From NCBI GenBank assembly GCA_038895395.1, contig JAWANJ010000003.1:1-43999 (forward strand): a DNA stretch of 43,999 nt, written 5' to 3'. The notes beneath the pieces were generated by a model. It saw nothing but the letters and a program-made list of their open reading frames with translations, did no database searches and had not been told where the DNA came from. A program made the translations under genes and the position numbers. Shown here piece by piece: positions 37,214-43,999 of the stretch; positions within the stretch are counted from its first letter, which is position 1, and each line of letters starts with the position of its first letter. This DNA is from Candidatus Iainarchaeum sp. Its GTDB lineage: Archaea > Iainarchaeota > Iainarchaeia > Iainarchaeales > DTGL01.

Positions 37214-37927
37214 ATGGAGCGTATTAAAACTGGAATAGATGGTCTTGATGAACTTATTCAGGGTGGAATCCCAGAAGGCTCTGCTGTGCTTGTTTCTGGT
37301 GGTACCGGTACAGGAAAGACAATACTCAGCATGCAGTTTATTTACAATGGTGCTGCACTTTACAACGAGCCAGGAATCTATGTAAGCCTTGAGACAAACC
37401 TCAAGAATATCATATGGAACATGGAAAGCTTTAACTGGGACATAAGGAGCTTACAGGAAAGCAATTTGATGAAGATTTACAGGCTCAATATAAGCTATGC
37501 AAAAACAAGAGATGAGGTAATACAGCGCGTTGACGAAGAGCTTAACACAATTTCTCAGCTTGTCAAGGAGATAAATGCAAAACGCTTAGTTGTTGATTCA
37601 ATAGCCTCTTTTGGAGTGTGGTTTGAAAGCCCAGGGCTTATAAGAGCAATCTTGTTCGAATTTGTTGACAAACTAAAAAACATGGGCTGCACAACTATGC
37701 TAACCACAGAGACAAAAGGTGGAAGACGTGAATTTTCAGCTTACGGTGTTGAAGAATTTATAGCAGATGGTGTCATAGCATTGTATTTTACTCCACCACA
37801 TAGGAGCATTTTCATAAAGAAAATGCGCGGTACAGACCATAGCAAGATTCCACATCCATTTGAGATTACAGAAAGGGGTATAGTGGTTAACCCACAGGAT
37901 AGAGTGCTGTGGGAATCAATAAAGTAA
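37214..37927 (+). CDS. Single-domain KaiC/RAD55-like RecA-superfamily ATPase
   Basis: ERIKTGIDGLDELI, GGTGTGKT, RLVVDS and KMRGTDHS. The likely start is ATG 37214. Confidence 0.92.
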   Translation: MERIKTGIDGLDELIQGGIPEGSAVLVSGGTGTGKTILSMQFIYNGAALYNEPGIYVSLETNLKNIIWNMESFNWDIRSLQESNLMKIYRLNISYAKTRDEVIQRVDEELNTISQLVKEINAKRLVVDSIASFGVWFESPGLIRAILFEFVDKLKNMGCTTMLTTETKGGRREFSAYGVEEFIADGVIALYFTPPHRSIFIKKMRGTDHSKIPHPFEITERGIVVNPQDRVLWESIK

Positions 37928-37957
37928 AGCCTTCCCTCTTTTTTATTTTTGTATTAG

Positions 37958-38152
37958 CTAAAATAAGGATTTTATACGCATCGCATTGAGCAAAATCGAT
38001 ATTACAAAGATAATGGCTATGAGCACAATTGCCTGCATAAATGCCTCTTCCCAGGAAACATCTTTCTTGTAAGCAAACTTTGCACTTGCCTTAACAGCCC
38101 AAAGCATAAGCCCTAAGCTCAAAGCCGTTCCAAAAAACTCAGGAAAGTTCAT
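37958..38152 (-). CDS. Small two-TM hypothetical protein
   Basis: 64-aa ORF with two hydrophobic segments that fills the gap between genes. Confidence 0.55.
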   Translation of the reverse strand: MNFPEFFGTALSLGLMLWAVKASAKFAYKKDVSWEEAFMQAIVLIAIIFVISILLNAMRIKSLF

Positions 38153-38230
38153 ATTTTAACTATTTAAAAGTAAAGAAAAAAAGCTTTGCTCTTTGGATAA
38201 TTTTGCAATTATTCCAGCGCAGAAACCTTT

Positions 38231-40201
38231 TTACCTGTGCATTGTATGCTTTACATTGTGCTGGCTTTTGAAAACATGGTGTGCTTTTAGCTCTCTTATT
38301 TTCACTATTTGGTTTCTTACCTGTGCCTCAAGTGCTTTTCCACGGCTTCTTTCGTTTTTGATTGCACAATAAAATGAGAACAAGGGCGCGACTAGCAATA
38401 TAGTCATAACCAATAATGTATTGAAAATCAAGTTTTGCTGATCTTTGCTATTTGATTCGAAAGACTCAATCTCATCCTCTAAGACACTTATCCTCATTGA
38501 AAGCTGAACTAATATTGTGCTTGGTGACTCCAACTCATTTTTCTGTACTTTTTCTTCAAAAGAAGATAGTTCTTGCTCAAGCTTCTTTGCCTCGTCTTCT
38601 ACTTCAGAAACCTCAAAACCTTTGGCTTTTAGAGCCCTAATCTTGCTCTTGGCTTTTTGTATTCTTTGCCCTAATTCAAATAATGTAAGGGAATAATCTG
38701 CTTTTTCTCTTTTGGTTACATAAAATGCGCAGACAGCTTCTCGCTGTTGGAAATTCGAATCCGCGCTAACGACTGACAGCTTTGCCCTAAAAAAGTAAGT
38801 GCCACTTGGAAGGGACTCTGGAATTGTTTCGACAATGTGCTTGTCTGTTTTGCCGCCTGGCTTAATTGCAATTGGCGTTGATGAAGATAAGTATGCTTTT
38901 CCAGAGGAGTCCTCTATAGACCACGACAGCATGACATCAGTATAATAAGTGCCAACGTTGTATGCTGAAACATCAAAGTAAGCCACTGTGCCTGCTGTAA
39001 CTACCGGCGTTGTGCACAACGCAGAGAGATCATACCTTAGTTCGCCACCAAGTTCGATAAGCTTGACTTCTGTTGCAAGCTTAGTTGATTTGTCTATCGA
39101 ATAAACTGTTACTGACATTACATGCAATCCAGAAGTTTCTGGTGTCCAAGGCAAGAGCATTGAAAACTTCTGCTTGGAGAATGGGGCAATTCCTAAATAG
39201 GTTCTTTCATCTACATACTCTAGTTGGGCTTCTTGCCTTATAATAACAGAAACAATTACATCAATCTTTTTGTCAGAGTTGTTGTCTATAATACCACTTA
39301 TGATTGCTGGTGAACCGATTTTTAATGGTTCAATGTTTATATCTCTAATAAATACTTCCGGCTTAACAAAAACTTCTGGGGTCTTGGTAGGCATAGGTGT
39401 AGCGCCACCACCAACTGCACCACCTCCGCCACCACCGGGGCCGCAATCGCCGCAGTCCTGAGGGCAGTTTTTGCAGTTTTCACCACTTTCACATAAACCA
39501 TTTCCACATACCAAAGCAGCAGTTACCTTGAATATTCCGTTGTAATCTGCTTTATTTTGTCCTAACCGAATGTTTACACTGTATTTGTATTCCCCCAAAA
39601 CACTTGGCATGGTTAAGCTATATGCATAGTATCCTGGTGTTGATAGTTCTACAAGTTTCGCCTTGTTTGAAAGAATACCCCCCGTTGGATACCAAATAGT
39701 TATTGTACCTTCAGCATGTTTTAGTGGTTTTGTTGCGCTCACGAAGAACATGAGTGTTGCATTTTCACCAGGAGAAAAAATGTTATTACCTACAGGAATA
39801 ATAGATATGGTGTATGCTCCACAATAAAAGCATTCGCTTGCTATTGCGGTATTTTTGTTGGTGTCACTAGCCATAACATACAATGTATAAACGCCATTTT
39901 GTTCAAAACGAAAATTTCCAATGTAATTACCATCACCAATTTCATAGAAATCCATTACTTCAGTGTTGTCATCTGGTTTAAGCATATATCCATTTACTTG
40001 TAGGTTTTCAACACCCCTGCCGCCAGCCAATGCAATAATTTTAATACTTTTAGTTTCGCCAAGATTAGGAGTGAAATTCGCATCAATATAAATTGAGTAA
40101 TAGCTAACAGCTTTAGAGTACCAAGTGGGGGTAGTGCAATGTTTACACAAACTATGACTTCTTTTCAGAAAAATATTTCCTTCAGCCGGAGTTTTATCCA
40201 T
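38231..40201 (-). CDS. Surface protein with Ig/CARDB-like domains, Cys-rich motif, coiled coil and C-terminal TM; probably 5'-truncated
   Basis: CGNGLCESGENCKNCPQDC, a Gly run, CARDB-like WTPETSGLHVMSVTV and a C-terminal TM. There is no signal peptide. Confidence 0.7.
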   Translation of the reverse strand: MDKTPAEGNIFLKRSHSLCKHCTTPTWYSKAVSYYSIYIDANFTPNLGETKSIKIIALAGGRGVENLQVNGYMLKPDDNTEVMDFYEIGDGNYIGNFRFEQNGVYTLYVMASDTNKNTAIASECFYCGAYTISIIPVGNNIFSPGENATLMFFVSATKPLKHAEGTITIWYPTGGILSNKAKLVELSTPGYYAYSLTMPSVLGEYKYSVNIRLGQNKADYNGIFKVTAALVCGNGLCESGENCKNCPQDCGDCGPGGGGGGAVGGGATPMPTKTPEVFVKPEVFIRDINIEPLKIGSPAIISGIIDNNSDKKIDVIVSVIIRQEAQLEYVDERTYLGIAPFSKQKFSMLLPWTPETSGLHVMSVTVYSIDKSTKLATEVKLIELGGELRYDLSALCTTPVVTAGTVAYFDVSAYNVGTYYTDVMLSWSIEDSSGKAYLSSSTPIAIKPGGKTDKHIVETIPESLPSGTYFFRAKLSVVSADSNFQQREAVCAFYVTKREKADYSLTLFELGQRIQKAKSKIRALKAKGFEVSEVEDEAKKLEQELSSFEEKVQKNELESPSTILVQLSMRISVLEDEIESFESNSKDQQNLIFNTLLVMTILLVAPLFSFYCAIKNERSRGKALEAQVRNQIVKIRELKAHHVFKSQHNVKHTMHR

Positions 40202-40671
40202 CCTTTAAAAAGGAAGGTCTTCAATATTGGAAGAATCCAGATCCTTCACGTTATGTTGCAGCTGGGATTGGTTTTTATCCTGGTATACAGCAAATAAAAG
40301 TCAAAAAAGGTGGCTCAACAAAAACTAGAATTTTCATACACTCTGGTTTTGGGGTGCGAAATTACCAAGGTGTTAAAATAAGTGCTCATTTTACTGATGA
40401 TTGTCAGGGTATTTCAATTGATCTATCTGAAAGCGAATTTTTGCTAGGGCCCAGTTATCCAAAATTTGACTCTAACTGGGCAAAAAGTATTTCCATAAAA
40501 ATAAATGTTCTTGAAAGTACTGAAAAAAATTCATGTGAAATTAAGTTTATTGTTGAGAAACCATCTAAAGAAAATAGTGAAAAATGGCGCATTGCTCATG
40601 GCGCAAAATACTACGAAACGGCCAGTACTTGGGTGTCCATTTCACCAACCATAATTGTAAATATAGATTAA
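40135..40671 (+). pseudogene. Probably 5'-truncated gene; the ORF-track entry 40354-40671 is only its 3' part
   Basis: The frame is open from 40135 (after TAG 40132) with protein-like sequence ...YFLQPEFYPSFKKEGLQYWKNPDPSRYVAAGIGFYPG..., but no start codon occurs before GTG 40354. Confidence 0.5.
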
Positions 40672-40777
40672 TTTTCTTTTTTTTTAAATATTAAAAAAAT
40701 TTTTTTACGATCTTTAACAGTTTAGCTCTTACAAAAAAAATAAATACTTATTTGTTTTTACTTTTTGTGGTGATTTA

Positions 40778-41155
40778 ATGCCAGGAAGACCAATGGTTCC
40801 AATGAGAAGGCAAGAGCCAAACAGAAGGGCATATGATAAAAAAAATCAAAGCAAAAAACAGGTAAAACCAAGACCTATTATTTTACAAAGGATTAAAGGC
40901 TTTGAAGCAAACCTAAAGGTCATTCCAGAAGTTTTTAAAAGATCTGGCATCAATGGTTGCGTTGAAGTGGTACGTAATGCAATACCTGAGCTCCAAAAAA
41001 GGATAAATGAAGAGGTTGCTAAAGGTGCTTCTTTGGACGGATGCAACTGGAAGGCTGTTTTTATTGAAAAAGCTGCCGAAGCACTTAGAAGAGCAGGCGC
41101 AAAAGAACCGCAGATAAATGAGTTCAGGCAAAAGGCCTGGCAGTCAATATCATAA
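40778..41155 (+). CDS. Hypothetical basic protein
   Basis: GGTGAT RBS 3 nt before the ATG; 125 aa. Confidence 0.7.
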   Translation: MPGRPMVPMRRQEPNRRAYDKKNQSKKQVKPRPIILQRIKGFEANLKVIPEVFKRSGINGCVEVVRNAIPELQKRINEEVAKGASLDGCNWKAVFIEKAAEALRRAGAKEPQINEFRQKAWQSIS

Positions 41156-41455
41156 TCATAAAAACCAGATTTTGAAATAAGCGAAAATAATAAAAGTTTG
41201 ACACAAAAGGTATCAGGCTTTCCACTGAAACTATATTGGGGCCACAAATAGGTGGTTTTGCCAGTATAATTATAGCCTACCAGATGCTAATACTTGCCAA
41301 ATTGGAAAAGATTTGCCCTGAGGCCAAGAAAGCGAAATAAAAAAGTAAAAAAAATAGAAAGCTTGATTTTACAAAAATGCCAAATTTCGACTAGCAGAAA
41401 TTTGTATGAGTCAGTTACTTAGAGTAGGCCAAAACCCAACCTACGGAATACCTAT

Positions 41456-42118
41456 TTATTGGCTCAAATGGTTATATCTTGCCACGTATTTTCCTTTTTT
41501 ACGAGTATCATCATATGATTCATCATGCCCCATAACTCGCATTTTTTCAACGAAAAAGAATTTGAAATAGTCCAATCCAGGCAAATCAAAGAGATTGATT
41601 ATTGATGACATATCTATTTTGCGGAATGTGAAATCCTTTCCAGAAAAAACAAAGCTAAGAATGGCTCCTTTAGGCCTTTCTTTCTCCAAAAAGTACCTTA
41701 GATTTTGCAGTTGCTTTGTAGTGAAAGACCTTTCATGCAGATCTTTTCCCGTGAGTGCAAGCAAGCCCAGATGGTAAAAACCTGAATTGTCAGCATGGAC
41801 AAAGAACACCTTTTCATTCGGTTTGCAAGTGCTAAATGCTACGCTAGACAAAATATTTTTGGTTTTGGGGGTATTTCGGTAAACTTCATCATCATTTCTT
41901 TTATTTAAAACACTGGCCACATAGTTTGGCTCAAAGAGTTTGCCTTTGAAAAGATAATACCAAGGTGCAACTTTGTGTCTTGCAAAAACCATCTTTAGTG
42001 CCTTTAACTTTTCACCATCGCCAAGCGCCTTTTCAAGTGGTCCGAGGGAAATTTCTTTAACGTTGGGTTTTTTGCCAAGGTTCCTATTAAAAATAATTAT
42101 TTCATTTTTAACCAGCAT
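41456..42118 (-). CDS. Hypothetical protein
   Basis: 220-aa ORF with no confident motif. Confidence 0.55.
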   Translation of the reverse strand: MLVKNEIIIFNRNLGKKPNVKEISLGPLEKALGDGEKLKALKMVFARHKVAPWYYLFKGKLFEPNYVASVLNKRNDDEVYRNTPKTKNILSSVAFSTCKPNEKVFFVHADNSGFYHLGLLALTGKDLHERSFTTKQLQNLRYFLEKERPKGAILSFVFSGKDFTFRKIDMSSIINLFDLPGLDYFKFFFVEKMRVMGHDESYDDTRKKGKYVARYNHLSQ

Positions 42119-42301
42119 GATTTAGATCTAGTTACAGCTGCTCACGGGCATTTATTCCGTATAAATAATTCTAATACATATGTAATACCACTGAGTCACC
42201 CAAGTGGCCAAGCATATACAAAAACACTTCGGAACTCATACATGGGCTACTTATCTGAAGGTCTAAAAAAATGGGCCAAGCAACCTGACAAAGTTTGCTG
42301 A
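42119..42301 (+). pseudogene. Possible C-terminal remnant of a uracil-DNA glycosylase superfamily gene
   Basis: A start-less frame reads DLDLVTAAHGHLFRINNSNTYVIPLSHPSGQAY...KVC*, resembling the UDG 'HPS' motif region. Confidence 0.4.
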
Positions 42302-42318
42302 TATCAAGACAGAAGCAA

Positions 42319-42402
42319 TGCGGGGTAGCAGATTCGAACTGCTGAAGGCACTAAGCCACAGGGCCCTCAACCCTGCCCCTTAGACCGCTCGGGCAACCCC
42401 GC
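42319..42402 (-). tRNA. tRNA-Leu(GAG)
   Basis: Acceptor stem GCGGGGT/ACCCCGC-A, anticodon stem CAGGG/CCCTG with loop TT-GAG-GG, a long variable arm and a TTCGAAT T-loop. Confidence 0.95.
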
Positions 42403-42517
42403 ATTATGCAAAAAGCTATATTGCTCTATATAAGAATTTTTCAAAAAGAGTTATTAAATGTTGATGTTAACAATTATCAACCACAAAATTTGGTAGCTAT
42501 TACAAAATTTGTGTGGA

Positions 42518-42889
42518 CTAAACCTCTATTATTGTTTTAAGCTTTATATTCCTAAATTTTATCTCAAGGCTTTCGTCAGCAAAAGCTTTCTTTAAAATCC
42601 CGTGCGCTGTAGTAGCGCAACTTTTGTTTATTATAACAGATATATTTGTATAATAGCCTGTCTTGTCACGATGTATTTTTCCACTTATTGCAGCTACATC
42701 GTAGCCGGTGCCAGAATTGTCGCTGAAAAGAGTTGTGTTCTTCCCTAAAGTTATTAGTTCAATGTTTTTTATTTTACCATAGGCAAAAACAGGTACTGCA
42801 AGGTCTATTTGTTTTTCGTTCATAAAGTTGTGAATGCTCTTTATTACATCTTCGCCATCGTTTATTTTCAGTGTAACATATTCTTCCAT
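42518..42889 (-). CDS. PPC/DUF296-domain protein (degenerate)
   Basis: LKINDGEDVIKSI, YDVAAISGKI and AHGILKKA. The likely start is ATG 42889. Confidence 0.65.
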   Translation of the reverse strand: MEEYVTLKINDGEDVIKSIHNFMNEKQIDLAVPVFAYGKIKNIELITLGKNTTLFSDNSGTGYDVAAISGKIHRDKTGYYTNISVIINKSCATTAHGILKKAFADESLEIKFRNIKLKTIIEV

Positions 42890-43008
42890 TTCAAACACCT
42901 GGGTGATGGTATTTAGCACTCTTATAGGCGAAAAATTTAAATATTGGTAACTTCTTATATTTGCTAAACTTAAATAAATAAAAAATTTTTTGATTGGAGC
43001 GTAGAACT

Positions 43009-43999
43009 ATGAAGAAATATCTTTTTTTTCCTCTGTTGTTATTTTTTTTGTTTTTACTAGTGCCAAGCGTTTTTTGTGAAAGTGACGTGTTCGCGTATTT
43101 AAACAACGGCTTCGTAGATGGAAAATACCAGATTTCAATACTTGTTTCTTCGAATGGAAAAGGAGTTCCAAATGCAAGGATAACTGTGCAAGATAGCAAG
43201 GGACTGCTTTTAGAGCAAAGAACAAACAAAAATGGTGATTTCTTCTTTAACCCAACAAAGACAGATAATTACTTTATGATAATTTGCATCGACTCAAATG
43301 GTGCTGAGTCCTGCACTGACAGGAAAGTTGTATATATGCAAGAGCCAAACATCACTATAACACGGCGAGGAAGTACTTACACAATATGTTCAAATTATGA
43401 TTTTGGACAATTTGAAATAGTGGATTTAAACAGGCTAAATATTGTTCAGCAGACAGAAGGCTGTGGACGTTATTCTACTGATTCAGAGCGTTTCTTGGTA
43501 AGAACTGCAGAGCATGGGCTTCTTGAGCCAATTGAAATAGAAGCTGGGCGCTTTGTCAAGGTTCAGTATCCTGAAAAGGTTCTTGTTGATAACCCGTTCT
43601 ATGTTTATGTCTATGAAAACTCTATTCCACTGCAAGATGCCAGAGTTGAAATTGGAGGCATCAGTAAGATAACCGACAGTAAAGGCGTTGTCTCTTATGT
43701 TCTTAAAACTGCAACAACTTATGATGTAAAGGCATCTAAGGAAGGTTTGCTTCCATTCAATGGAAAAATAACTGCTGTTTCAGAATGGGAACGCTTTAAT
43801 GTTTCACACCCAGAGAAGGTAAAACCCTTGGAAGTTTTTGAAGTAAAAGTCAGTTACCAGGATCAACCAGTGAGCAATGCTGTGGTTTCTGTTGGAAATA
43901 TTAAAAAACCAACTGATGCAGAAGGCAAAGCTGCTTTTGCAATAGCTGATAAAGGTAGCTATTTAATCACTGTAGAAAAAGAAGGGTTTGAAAAAAGAC
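43009..43999 (+). CDS. Secreted protein with Ig-like/carboxypeptidase-regulatory-like repeats, partial (runs off the right edge)
   Basis: Not in the ORF track. It has signal MKKYLFFPLLLFFLFLLVPSVFC and repeats GVPNARITV...TNKNG, PLQDARVEI...TDSKG and PVSNAVVSV...TDAEG. Confidence 0.8.
   Translation, partial: MKKYLFFPLLLFFLFLLVPSVFCESDVFAYLNNGFVDGKYQISILVSSNGKGVPNARITVQDSKGLLLEQRTNKNGDFFFNPTKTDNYFMIICIDSNGAESCTDRKVVYMQEPNITITRRGSTYTICSNYDFGQFEIVDLNRLNIVQQTEGCGRYSTDSERFLVRTAEHGLLEPIEIEAGRFVKVQYPEKVLVDNPFYVYVYENSIPLQDARVEIGGISKITDSKGVVSYVLKTATTYDVKASKEGLLPFNGKITAVSEWERFNVSHPEKVKPLEVFEVKVSYQDQPVSNAVVSVGNIKKPTDAEGKAAFAIADKGSYLITVEKEGFEKR

Noticed and set aside
37214-37927. Circadian clock KaiC
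   Set aside because: It is a single-domain protein, the position of the ST phosphosites reads EF, and no kaiA or kaiB is nearby. It fits the common archaeal KaiC-like ATPases.

Overview
This is an AT-rich, gene-dense archaeal chromosome segment. The evidence is an archaeal-type tRNA with a bulge-helix-bulge intron, GGTGAT ribosome-binding sites, an Lhr helicase, a KaiC-like ATPase and a class III signal peptide. The gene repertoire and many orphan surface proteins suggest a DPANN lineage such as Iainarchaeota/Diapherotrites, which is an inference. Housekeeping genes include bacterial-type metK, pyrG, speD, prs, eno, grpE, dnaK, dnaJ, an Lhr helicase, a histone-deacetylase-family enzyme and a TraB-family protein. 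There are two tRNA genes, Pro(CGG) with a 126-nt intron and Leu(GAG). Many secreted or membrane-anchored proteins are interspersed among these. The most striking feature is a ~1,040-aa beta-helix/PKD surface protein containing a 101-residue tract of 79 Tyr and 12 Trp. It has Tyr-rich loops on successive coils and a possible ACG start codon. Other oddities are a tRNA intron built from repeated hairpins, a pilin-like protein fused to an M64-like metallopeptidase, two Kazal-domain proteins and a membrane-anchored tandem subtilase-propeptide-like protein. dnaJ lies convergent to dnaK, and apparently 5'-truncated gene fragments lie near tRNA-Leu. I saw no CRISPR array, transposase, integrase or reverse transcriptase. 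All family calls come from motif recognition by eye, not from database searches.
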